This document shows positions 24,801-37,000 of a stretch of 64,000 bases of DNA, one piece after another (within the stretch, counting starts at the first letter, position 1; every line of letters starts with the position of its first letter). Origin of the DNA: Lama guanicoe. Its lineage: Eukaryota. The stretch covers positions 94,958 to 158,957 of the forward strand of contig MU053385.1 in assembly GCA_013239625.1 (NCBI GenBank). The letters run 5' to 3'. The notes beneath the pieces were generated by a model. It was not told where the DNA came from. It ran no database searches and saw nothing but the letters and a program-made list of their open reading frames with translations. The position numbers were made by a program, and so were the translations under genes.

Positions 24801-25531
24801 GGGTCTGGCATTTGGCATACCTTCTTCCCCCAGCAGCAGCTGGTTCTTGTGTGTTCTGCCTGCCCTGGCTCCGAAGGGATGTTAGCTGGAGGGCATTTCC
24901 GGAGTCAGAGCTGAGCTGACCCAACCCCACCCCAGCCCAGCAGGGCCCACCTAACTGCTCATCCACCCAGGGCATAAGCCTGGCCCCCACATTTCCCATG
25001 TGCGCCTGTCGCCCATCGCTGTGAGGCCCAGGCCCTGGCCTTTCTGCTGGGGGAGCTACAGTGAGTGTGGACACTGGTGGTTTAGGGGACTCAGGGGTTG
25101 GGCATGCCAGCACTTGTCACCTGGTGTGGGAGTCTGGGGCTCCAGGACCCTCTACTCCAGGCCACAAGCAAGCCTTCTCACCTCCTGGAGATCCGAACTT
25201 TCTCATCTTTAGAATGGGGGGATGAGCCCCAGGGGGAGGTCAGAGAAGACTGTCATCGTCTTGGTAGTGTGGTCTCCCACCCATCCCACCGCCAACAGCC
25301 CCTACCAGTGCCCGCTCCCAGTATCCCTGGGCTTTACCCCACTAGCCTGGTCTAGAGGCCTTGGGCAGGAGAGGGTTCAAGGCCCATCCTAACGGTGGGG
25401 TGAACAGAGGCCTTTGTACCCCTGGCTTGAGGCCAAGCAGAGAGCCGGGCAACATTGCAGGAGTCAGCCTGAGGGGCAGGAGGTAGGAGTGGAGCCCGAG
25501 CCGATCCCTCTCTGCCCCATCTACCTGCCAT
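21806..25531 (-). CDS. SIGIRR: Single Ig IL-1-related receptor (IL-1R8/TIR8), complete, 9 coding exons, 410 aa
   Basis: Exons 25531-25525, 24646-24448, 23992-23859, 23752-23612, 23195-23052, 22962-22860, 22795-22645, 22432-22243, 21969-21806. Total 1233 nt. [14 protein letters not shown] (Ig domain), TM segment, TIR domain [12 protein letters not shown]...; ends [20 protein letters not shown]. Confidence 0.97.
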
Positions 25532-26999
25532 GGTCTGGCCGGGGCCTCCTCGGGGCAGGCTGGGTACTGGGGCCACCCACGGCTCCACGGGGCTCCTTGG
25601 CCGAGCAGACTGGTCTCCCAAGGGCTGGGCAAAACTCACTCTCTGTCCTTGTATCAGGTCAGTCAGGGCTCCAGGACGGGTCGGAGGCTGCCACCATCCC
25701 CAGGGAGCAAGTTAAATAAGAACAGGATCGGTTAACGTGTAACTTTGGCTGCAGAAACACTGTCTCTGCACCAGCTGCCTCATGGAAGCCGGCAGAGCAT
25801 CAGGCACCCGCACAGCACCCGGTCCCTTACACGTGGCGGGAGTGGCGCCACCTTGCGCAGCCCAGGGGGTTGGTCGGGGCCCTCGGGCTGAACTTCTGCT
25901 CCAGGGCCACCACGACGGCCCAGGGTGGGGCAGTGCCCCCAGCACGCCTCATGAGCCTGGGAGTTGGCCTCTTCCCACGTCCCCTGGGATGGGGCCGCCA
26001 CACTCAGCCACCCTGAGGCTGCCAGACTGAGCCACGCTCCCAGCCGGGGCTTTGTCCTGCGCTCAGTCCTGGGTGCGACATGCCCTCGGGAACGCGGCAC
26101 CTGAGGCTGAGGCTGAGCTGGGCCGAGGCGTCAAGGCAGGAGAGGCAAGTGGGGCCAGGCTGGGCCTGACGGGGCATCCCTCTTTCTGGGTCCTGTGCCG
26201 GCGCCCCCACCTGTTTGTCATCTTCAAACCCAGAGACCTTTGTCCACACTGTCTAGTTCTCCAAGGGAAGTCCCCACCCACTCATAGGTGACCCTTCTTC
26301 CCTACGTGGACTCTGGGGCCACTTCCAGCCAGTCAGCAGCCTCTTGACACAAAAATCTCTACAGTGACCTGGGCTGAAAGGCCGGGGCATGAAGCCCCAG
26401 CGCAGGGGCCTTCGCGACAGCCTCCTTGGCAGCTGGGCCCCGGATACCTCTTCCTTGTCACCCAGGTCCACCCGGTTAATCCAGCGGGTATCCATCCACT
26501 CCACTCCCTCCTTCCCTGCCAAGTGGACACACTGGGGCCCAGCTCCTTCACCACTCCCTCCCTCCCCACCAGTAGGACCCCTGAGGCTTTGCAGGGATGA
26601 GTCTCAGCCTGCCTCCCACTCCTGCACGGATGACCCCCTGTGGACCTGGCCCAGCTTCTGCCCCTGGTTCGGAGGGGCTGGAATTTCCTCACTAATTAGT
26701 GGAGTGTCAGGCTTGATCCCTTGGGGGCTAGTGCAGAAAGTCCTTCCAGAAGCCTTTGGAGTGGAGGGCAGGCCTGGGAAGGTCCTTGAAGCAGGAGAAC
26801 CAGCCACTGAGGGACTGTGGAAGACTGGGCAGCTCACACCCCCTCTCCCAAAAGGAACTTCCTGCAGCCCAGCAGGTCCTAGGGCAACTCCTCCAGTGCC
26901 TCCTTGGCCTCCCCAAGCTCAGAAGACCTCCCACCCCTGGAAATGCAATCTCAGATCCTCCTGGAAGTTAAGGCCAAACTGCATGGCCAGGAGGCAGGT

Positions 27000-27445
27000 G
27001 TTCCCCTGCATACCCCTCCCTGTACAGTCTGTCCTGTATACCTCTCCCTTCCACACCTTCCCCTGCAGTCTCCCTTGCACACCCCACACACACCCTGACC
27101 TGCACAACCCCCTGCAGCTTCTGTGCTGCACCCTCTCCCTGCCATTTTCCCTGCAACAGCCCCTCTGTACAGTCGGCGCCGTACACCCACCCCCTGCACC
27201 CCACACAGGCCTACAGTAAGCTCCTGGCCCCTGTGCACACGTGCACACACCCCACACTCACACACGCTGGTGGTCTACACACCTGGCACACACAGCACAC
27301 ACTTGCCACAGCTCCCACAGGGCACACAGCCACGAGCATCTGTACACACCTCACACCACACTCACTGCACTTCACACACCCCTTGGCCTCCCATCACCCC
27401 TCACTCTCACTGGTGCACGCACATGATGCACACATGTGCCACATG
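27000..27445. repeat. CA/C-rich low-complexity tract upstream of the SIGIRR coding exons
   Basis: Dense cacac / ccctgcac units. Confidence 0.6.
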
Positions 27446-29099
27446 CTTTGCGGGCCTCTCCTTAGCCAGGCCTGATTTTGAGGACAGGCCTCAGGCCAGG
27501 AAAGGCACCCAAGGACAAGGACACAGGCTCACGCCGAGAAGCAAGGCCACCGTAGGAGGGCACGAAGTCACCTGGTTCCAGCTCTTTCCTCCTGAGTCGG
27601 GGAGGTCGGTCACTGAGGGCACTGACTTGTGCTTTGGAGCAAACTCTGCTCAGCTGGGCCCCCGGCCCAGTCCAAAGCACCACGGCTGCCCCGGACGCAT
27701 TGCCAAGCACGGTGAGGACCTGGCTTTTGTTTGTGTGTTTTATTCAGAACTTTCCCCGTAGCTTCCTGGCTTCGCAGTCACATCCTCTCCTAAACCCAAA
27801 CCCCACCCAAGCACCCACCCTCCTCTGAGGCGGGCTGGCGGGCAGTTGGTGGTTCTCCCCGTTGGCCCCGCCTGCCCCGCTCTTCCTGTAACTCTGAGTC
27901 AAGCAGCTCCTTCCTCTGGGGCCCACCCCAGTCCATCCAGGCACCATCCTTCCGCAGGCCAGACCTGGAAGGTGGGTAGAGGCTGCACCAGTACTTGGGC
28001 CCAGGGTGATATGTCGGGGTCCTGGCAGGCAAACCCCTCCCCATCAGGGCCGTCCTGCACGCACACAAGGAGCTGGGCAGTATGGCCTGCTTTCTGGACA
28101 CCCCTACGATTCCAACACCCAGGAGAGGGCGGAGTCTCCACGTAGCTCCTGGGCCCAAGTGAGCAGCCCGAAGTATCCCTGACCTCTGACCTGTGGGGGT
28201 GATGGGGCTCCTGTGGAAACTCTCACCAGCAATGGGGCCTTGGGCTGGGTTCTTTGGCTCCCTCCCTGTCCACCTCCCAGGTGTAGCCCCCAAACAGTGA
28301 GCAGCTACAAGGGGGCTGGGGTATCACATGGACCTTAGTTTCAGGAGGGGAAGGGAGAGAAGTGCCGCCTTCCCTAGACAAGGAAGCAGACAGGAGGCCT
28401 CAGCAGAGGCGCCCAGCTCTGAGCCCAGTGTGGGGGGATGGGCAGCCAGCATCCCCTGTTGCCACCACCGATTCTCGCTCCCCGACCCCAGACTGATGAA
28501 GGACTCAGGGCCCAGCGACAGGTGGCTGCCCGCAGAAATCAGGCAAGAGTCCCCTCCAGCCCCTGTCCCTGCCCCCACCCACACAGGGCAGGGCCTCCCA
28601 GGGGCACATCCTCAGGGCAGCACCTGCTTCCCCACATCCTTAATCTGACCCCGCCCAAGCCCCCCTGCTCAAAGCCCTGGTGGCCTTCAAGACTCTTAGG
28701 TGACAGCGCATCTTGGGCTCAGAGTCTCGCAGAACTGGAGGAAGGCCTGACTGCACCTCTTCCCCACTGATCCTCAGCTTCCTGGACGCCTGCTGGAGCT
28801 GGTAGGAGCCCGCCCTGCAAGCTGCCCTGGGGGCGCTGAGGCCGATTAGGCAGCACAAGCACCTGATGGACAGGTTACTGGCCGCCAGCAGTCAGTGACC
28901 TGCCCAGGAGCACCCAGGCAGGAAGCAAAGAGCTCTCGTGTCCCCAGCCAGTCTTGCTGCCCCTCAGAGGTCCTGGCAGACGGCCTGCTGCTCTGGATGC
29001 CCGTCTGTACCGGCATCTCACAGCCATAGCTGCACGCCCCGCTAGCCTGTAACCGTCACGCGTACCCTCCCTCGTCCCCCAGGCCCACTCCCCAAAGAG

Positions 29100-30370
29100 A
29101 GCATAAACCTCCACGTTGCCTCAATCGCTCTCCAGAACAGCCCTTCCGCGTCCGAGCCCGCCCCCTGCACCGCCCACCACACTCTGTCCCGCGCCGTGCG
29201 GTTCCTAGAAAGCCCGGACCCTTCCCACCCTCCGGCCTCGCGCTGGAGCTCCAGTGCCTCCGCGAGCCCCCGCCCAGCGCCGCTCCGTTCCCCGCCCTGC
29301 CGTCTGGTCTGCTGCTCAGCACCCCACAGTCTCTGAGCGACTCCCCCTCTTTGGGGGCGGGCAGCCCCTCTGCGCCTTGTGCGTGCCGCATCTCCTGAAG
29401 GGAAGAACGTGCACAAACGCCTGGGCCCCACAAGCCGAGAGGCGCCCACGACACCCGGGTCTCCCTCGCCGCACACCCCGCACCTGCGCTCCGCCTTCCC
29501 GGAGGGGTGGACCGGCCTTAGCATCGCCCACCCTCTAGGTGCGGTGAGCGGGCGGGGCGGGCCGCGCGCCGTTGGGGGGCGCGGATGGCCCGCAGGTCGG
29601 GGGCGCGCGCAGACGGCGAGGGCGCGCACGGAAGGCAGAGAGGCGCGCGGACGGCGGTGGCTCCGCCCGGGGGCCGGCGCGCAGCGGCTCCGGCCGGTTC
29701 CACTGTCAGCCCCCGGCGCCCTGGGAGGCCCCAGACCTGGGCGCCGACCTTGGGGCGGAGGTGGGGGTCCCCTCGCGCCTCGGCGCTCTCTTCCCGCTCA
29801 TGGGCGAGGGCCGCGAGGAAGCCACTGCTCACGTCAGGCGGAGCGGGAAAGAGCGGCGCTTGCCCCCACGAGGCTCAAGGGACCGGGACGCGGGCGAGCT
29901 CGGGCTTCCGGGCGACGTGGGCAGCGAGCCCAGCTCCGGCGCACTTCCTGCGGAACCGCACCCACCGCGGCCGAGAGGCTCCCCGGGGCGAGAGGCCACC
30001 CGGCCCCCAGGCTTCAGGCCCGGTCCTGGCTCCCGGAAGCCGGAGACCTCCACTCACCTCCGTGGGTAGGAGCCACGATTGCCACTCACCTGCTGCCAAG
30101 ACCTGTGGCCCGCGCGGCCGCGGGGGTGGAGCGGCTCACCTGGGCCAGGCGGCGGCGACAGGCCCAGCGGCAGCTGCAGGTGCGGCCCCGCCCAGCAGCC
30201 CGGGCCGAGGGCGGACCGAATGTCCCGCTTTGCGCCCAAGGCTGGTGCTTTGGACTGTTCCGCGCTCAGTCCTCAGCAGCCGCCGCCGCCGCGCCGGGGT
30301 GGGGGGTGGGCAGCAGAGGCCAAACCGGCCCAACTAGCCCGGAGAGTCTCGGTGCCCCGGCCACCGTCCC
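29100..30370 (-). promoter_or_regulatory. CpG island: SIGIRR promoter and non-coding first exon(s)
   Basis: Very CpG-dense with GC boxes; several minus-strand GTGAG donors (ctcac near 29828, 30054, 30085, 30135). Confidence 0.75.
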
Positions 30371-30635
30371 CAGGATCACTTTGTGTGGTTCTGCCCCTCC
30401 CCCCAAGCTCTACCTCTTCCTCTAGGAAGCCTGCCTTGACTCTTGCCCCTAAACTCCAGGTGCAGGGAGGCTAGGACCTCAGTAAGGCGCCCCTCACTTG
30501 GAAGTCCATGGAAACCCAGAGGAGGGCCAGGAGGCCACCACATTCCAGGCCTTTCCCCATCAGGGCCTCAGTTTCCCATCTAGCCCTGAGGGCAGACATA
30601 ATCCACCAGCAGTCCAGAAATCAACACAAAGATGT

Positions 30636-30646
30636 TTTATTTTATT
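30636..30646 (-). terminator. ANO9 poly(A) signals (two overlapping AATAAA)
   Basis: tttattttatt on + strand about 370 nt after the stop codon. Confidence 0.8.
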
Positions 30647-31016
30647 ATAGAAAGTTCTGATGCTTGAGGGGGATCCAGAGGGGTGGGGCAGGATCTGGGG
30701 CCCAGAAGTCAAGAGGGAGGCTGGGGAAGCTGGGCCAGTTTTCCTGCGCTGTGACTGCATGAGAAGCTCCCCCCAGTTCTGTGGGTGGTGGGGTCGCTCA
30801 GAGTTCAAGTCAGGCAGTACCAAGCCTGAGCCTTAACAGGTGGGACAGGCCTCACAGACACTCCAGACATAAGTCGGCTCCCAGGACCCCACAAATGCCT
30901 GGGCCTTCTTAAAGCACCGCCCCCAGCACACAGCCAGGGGTGGGATGGGGTGGGGTGGCGGCAGCTCCGAGCCTGGGCCCCTGGGCACCACCGCCTCCTG
31001 CCCAGCTCTGGGTCCC

Positions 31017-34000
31017 CTACACGTCCGTACTCCTGGTGCTGCAGGTGGGAGTGGGACAGAACGGGACTCGGGCCAGCCCTACCCCAGGCCTGGGGCCCAG
31101 CCCCCCCGGGGCCAGCCTCCACCTTACCGCATCTTCTCTCTGAGTCTCTGGTCTTTTTTCTCCAGGACCTTGTTCTTCACCGACTGAGGGATGTCAGGCA
31201 CGAACCAGGCAGCAATGAGCTTGATGCATAAGGCCACGTGCTGGGGGCAGGGGCAGGGGCAGGGGCTGAGTGAGGAGGTCTGAACAGGCCGAGCAGGGAC
31301 TTTAGGGGTTGGGAGCCAAGGAAGGCTGGAGAAAACTGCCCCCTCGGGCAGTTCGGGCTCACCTCAAAGAGGATCAGGAAGGCCAGGCGGATGGCCAGGA
31401 GCACCCAGGACTGCTCAGGGAAGTTGTGGTCTTGAGCATTGCCATAGTCCCTGTACCTGGGGGTGGGGAGCACCTGCGGTCAGGGATCAGGAGTTCAGAG
31501 GGCACTCCCAGGGGATGGGGGTCCAAACCTGCACTCAGTCACATTCTCTGAGCCCTCTTTTTCGACAGGGTCCTGGAAGTCCTTGGTGTAGAACACAGGC
31601 AGAGTGTAGTTGATGTAGCCTGTGAGACAGCTGGGAGGAGGGAGAGAGGAGCTTGGTGTGGCCCCTTCAGGCTTCTGGGGTGCTTGTTTGGAACTAGTCC
31701 CTGCCCAGTGGGGCCCATTAGGATGGGGCATGGACCCCCTCCTTCATTTCCATACATGGGAGAGGGGCTCCTGGGGGAGGTGGGCAGAACTCACAGGTGC
31801 CACCACCTGCTTTCCTTGCCAGGGGCTGCAGAGAGCTTTCTGCGGGAGACCCCGGGACACCTAGTCTGCAGGTAGAGTGGCCCCCTGCAGGGCTGGAGGA
31901 GCAGGTCGAGGACCTGCGCAGACCACAAAGGGTCTGATTTCGAAAGGGGAGCCGTTCTGATAGTATCTGCTTAGAAGACAGCTAGTTCTGGGACATGAAT
32001 TCCCCACTGGGGTCCCAGTCAGCACTCCTAGGCTCCAGCCAGGATCTGCAGGCTGGTGCCAGGGGGCAGGCCACCCCAGGCAATGTTGAAAGCATTGAGC
32101 CCTTCCCTGGGCTGGCCCGGGCTGTGGTTGGGCCAGTTTCCCAGGGGTCCCTGGATAGTGAGGATCGCCCAGGGGCTGGGCGGCAGTGTCCCCTTACTCG
32201 ACTGCAGCGTGGGCCCCCTGCCGGCATGGGCCATAGCGGTACTTGTACAGCATTCGTGGGATGAACTCAGAAGTGAAGGCGATGACCATCCCATTGGCAA
32301 TGACTGCCAGCACGCCGATGATCTCCAGCACCTGCAGCCAGGTCCCTAGGCCACCATAGTGGGGTGAGGCCTTGTCTGCCTGCACCTGTCCACTCCCAAG
32401 GCTAGGGGAATTATGGTCACCGGCCTCATGCCTGTGGTAGCCGTGGGGCCAGGTCCCTGACAAGGAGGACCCAGGCCAAGACCGACAGAGCACAGCCTTC
32501 ACTCTGCTGACCCCTCTTCTTGACAGGGACAGGGAGGCGTTCAGGTCTCTGCCCCCATCTTAGGTGTGGGTTGTTAAGCTGCCCCAGGCCTGCTCCACCT
32601 CCTAGGTCCCCACCCCAGGGCAGGCCCCCTAAACCTGGGCCCCATACGGGGGCCTCCCTCACTTCTCTTCCGCTCTGCCCACGTCTGGCACCTCATCCCC
32701 TTTGTTCATCCTTCACACCTGTCCACCTCAGCAAGGCCAGTCTGGGGGACTGAGGTCATCTGCTCTCAGTCCCTGCCCCCAGCTGCTGGAATCCTGTTTC
32801 CCTCAGCTCTCTGCTGTCAGAGTCCAGCCCTTCTGCAGGGCCTCCCCAGGACGGCTGTGGGGCCCTTCAGGTAGATCCAGGCATGAGAGGGAGGGGCCTG
32901 CAAGGTGCAAGCCAGCGCCACCTCTTCCTGGGGCCAGAGTCCACCAGGGGTCCAACCCCCAACCTTGACAGACCCCGGGGCAGGGCTGGGGGCTGTCTGT
33001 GGGATGAGGGGGCTGGTCTTGCCCCACCACCTAGAGTGATGTCCCAAGGGGCCTGGTGTGGCCCCAGTGCCCCCACGGCCCCCGCCCCCAGCTGGAGGGC
33101 CATCACAGCAGGCCCCTGACCTATATCCTTGGCCTTGCGTGGCACCAGGCGCCGCTGCAGCCTGAGCATCTTGATGGCATCCAGGCGGATCTCCACGAGG
33201 TTGCTGAAGAACGCGAGCAGCGGGGCGAGCGGGAAGGCGGCCACAAAGATGGTGGTGAAGCCGTACTGGATCACTGCAGAGGGGTCGGCACCATGAGCCC
33301 CCAGCCCGGCTCTTCAGCTGTCCCCAGCCTTGCCGCCCCCAGGGCCGCCTGCGTACTCATCTCCATGAACTCGTCGAACAGGCTGAAGGTGTTGACCGGG
33401 TTCAGCAGGTAGTTTTGCTGCCAGTGCCTCAGCTCCGGGCCCTGGGCCGTGCCACCCAGCTTGGCGCGCATTGAGCGACACTTGTGGGCCAGCCACCTGG
33501 GGGCGAAGAGCGTGGGGTGGGGGGGGTGGGGGCAGAGAGGGGCCGCGGGCTATGAAGGGGTGGGGCCAGGAGTGCTGGGGAAGGAGGGGTCCTCACGGGC
33601 CCAGGTACTCCATGCAGTTGCTGAGCGTTTGTTTCAGGCCCATGATGATGGCCATCTGCAGGAACAGGTCCATCATGCAGCCACTGAGATGGCACTGCAG
33701 GGGGCAAGGCTGGGAGGTCAGGCGTGGGGTCTGAAGGGGAGCTCAGGAGGGAGGGTGAAGGGCAGGAAGGCATCCAGGACAGACCAACCTCCTCCAGCTT
33801 CCACACCCCCAGCAGGCGCACAGACTTCCCGGGGTGACCGTTGATCCTAGGGAGGAAAGCCAGGCTGAGGGCGGGGGCAGGAAGGAGGGGGAGCGGGGAG
33901 CAGTGGACAGTGGTGGGGAAGGAGCGATACCAGCCCTGCGGGTGAGCGGAGGCTGGTTGGTGCTGGATGCATGGCTTCTGCCCAGACACACCCTGCACAT

Positions 34001-37000
34001 ACCCCTGGGCACATGGGACCACCCTGCTGTGCAGGGCTGCTAGGAGGGGCCTCAGTTCTCCCCAGGGTAACTGTACAGAGGGCTACTTTGTGTTTAAATC
34101 ATCTGCTTTCCATGATAAAAATATACACTATGTTAAACCAAAGGTCGGGCTCGTGCTTAAAGGTGAAATCCTACACTCCTGTTACAGCTCATGACAAGCA
34201 TCACTCTGGGACAGTATAAATTTGCAAGGGGAAAAATTACTATTTTAGAAAATATGATTATGTATCTGGAAAACCAAAATAAATCAACTGGAGGACTCGG
34301 TGGATAAATCAACTGAAAAATGCTCGGAGTGGATACAAAACTGATATCATGCTCAACTCGCTCTCCAAGTTGCAACAAAACCACTGGGAACTGTAGCAGG
34401 AGGAAGCATCTGTCACAGCAGCAAAAATGATAAAATAACTAGGGTGAAACTCACAAGAAATCGGGGGGACCCATATGAAGAAAACTAGAAAAAAGGTAAA
34501 GAGCAGTGAAACAAGACTTGGATTGAGAAAACTTGCTCTTTGAAAGAAAGTCTCAGAATTGTATTTTTGTGGTTGCCCGAATGACAGGCCCTCGAAGACA
34601 TCCACTCCTAGTTCCTGGACCTGTGAATTCACACGGCAGGCGGTGTTAAGGTTGCTAATGAGCTGACCTTCAAGTGGAGAGACCATCCTGGATTAGCCCA
34701 GCATAATCACGAGGCCTAAATGAGGAAGGAGGGCCAGAGAGGTGGCAGCAGGAGAGGGACTCAGCCTGACACTGCTGACTTTGAAGACTGGGGGAGAACA
34801 GGCCAGGAACCGAGAAATTCAGGCAGCTTCCAGACGCTGAAAAGGCAAGAGTAGAGATTCTCCCTGAGAGCCTCCAGACAAAACAGCCCTGCTGACACCT
34901 GGACTGTAGCCTAATGAGACACATTTTTGGACTTCTGGCCTATAGAGCTTTATCTAGTGTGTGTTTTAAAGCCACTAAGTTGTAGTTCAGCAACAAGATT
35001 GATACAGTATCTGTGTCAATTCTCCTTAAAATAAAGTATAATTTTATTGCAATCTTATGCTAAATCCCACAGGATTTTGACATATTTGACAAAAATTGTT
35101 TTAAAGTTCACCTAAGAGTAAGAAACATGTAAATGGCTATAAAAAAGGAAAAGTGAAAAATAAACTTGATGCTAGCCCTATCTGACAGTGAAGTGTAACA
35201 CAGTAATAATGAACACAGTAAGGTACTAGGCTGAAATGATCAGAATCCACAGAAAGACCAAAGTATTCAAGCGAGAGATGGAACTTGGTATGTGGCAGAA
35301 GGAGAGTGGTAGAGATGAAACAGCCAATAAATGGCTGGGGGACAACCAGCTGTCACTTGTAAAACAGGAAAACAGGCTTCCTTCCTTTGCCCCTTGCAGC
35401 GAAACAAATTCCTGTGAATCAGAGGAACTATAAAGGATCAACCTTGTGACATTAGAAAAAATACCACCTCCAGGCTAGCACGGGTAACTGGAGAAACTTT
35501 TACCTCCTGACCCGGAGACCCCACACACGGGCAGTGCACGGAAGGAACCAGGCTCTGGCTTCTATATGCTGCACCACCTGCTGACTGTGTGAGCCTCAGA
35601 TGGCTCTTTAACCTCACTGTGCCTTGGTCAACTCTAAAATGGGGACAGAGCATCCCTACTCCATAGGGCTGTTGTGCAAATTAGAGTCGATGAATGTGAG
35701 GCACTCAGGAGAGAATGTGTGAGTGTGCAGTGGATGTGAGTTATGATTATAAAGACATAGCCCGTCCTGCCAAGGAAAACGACTCGGTCCTTCGTTCTTC
35801 AGTGTGAACGGACAGCTACAAACCTTCAGTCACGAGGAAGGCCAGCTGCGCAAGAAAGAAGGACTACAATAAAGAGACAGGAAGATGGACCCTTTAGGAC
35901 ACAAAATAATGAGGAAACATGAGAACTTTAAGGGAAAAAAGGAACCTCAAGAAAGTCCTGCACCTATGAAAACAAGAAAAGGATGCTGAAAAAAAAAGAG
36001 GACAAAAAAAAAAAAAACTCTTGGAAATTAAGACTCTAATCGTTAAACTTTAAACAAGAAAACAATTCCCAGGGAACTATATTCAATATCTTGTAATAAC
36101 CTTTAATAGAAAAGAATCTGAAAACAAATGTATGTATATACATGACTGGGGCATTGTGTTGTACACCAGAAATCGACACATTGTAACTGTATGTACTTAA
36201 GTAAAACAAAAAATTAATAAAATACAAAAATAAAACTCAGCCATTATCTCTTCATTTAAAAAAAGAAGAAGAAAAGAAAACAATAGAAAGGCAAAAATAC
36301 AAAGTGAAGGAGATCTCCGCAAATGTTGAGTGTAAAGACACAGAGGTGGGATAGAGGAGAGAAAGATGAGAAACACAGAGGACAGGCCCAAGAGGACCGG
36401 GAGTTCCACAAAGAGAAACAGAGGAAAACAAAGGTTTTAACCTAAGGAAAAAAAAGGAAGCAAATTTAGTGAGCTTAAATAGGACATGGGTGTTTTTACC
36501 GGAAGGTGCCAACAGTCAACTGGGACAGCGCATGAAGAAACACCCACTGGTATTTTTCCCCAGTTTAAAGAGAAGATCCTGAAGCTCCCAGACGTCGGCC
36601 AGGAGGAAGCAAAACTCAGGTCTTCCTCTTCCGCACGCTTCCCACCACCCACTTCGCATGTTCAAAGACAATGGAGCGACGCCCAGGAAGCTCTAGACGG
36701 GAAAGTTGCTTTGAAGTCAGGTTTCACGTGCGAGGGTAGAATAACGAGACCTTTAGACATACAAGAGCTCAGGAAGTTTGCCTCTCCGATATACCTTCTT
36801 AGGTAAATGAAAGCAAAAATCAAGAAAGAAGCGGGCTTGGCAATCCAGGAAATGATGGTCTTAACCCAGGGGAGTGGCAGGTGGAAGTCTCAGGAAGACA
36901 GTCATGCAGGGGAGCAACCAGCCCAGTGTGGGGAGGAGGCTGAGGGCTCCCCAGGAGGGTCTCTGTGAGAAAAGGGATTCTTCGCAATGGGCAGCTGACA

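Noticed and set aside
29379..30425. 348-aa Arg/Gly/Pro-rich ORF
   Set aside because: CpG-island artefact; overlapping ORFs in several frames
31124..31126. Apparent premature stop truncating ANO9
   Set aside because: The TAA lies within a canonical donor; splicing restores the conserved RSTDV end
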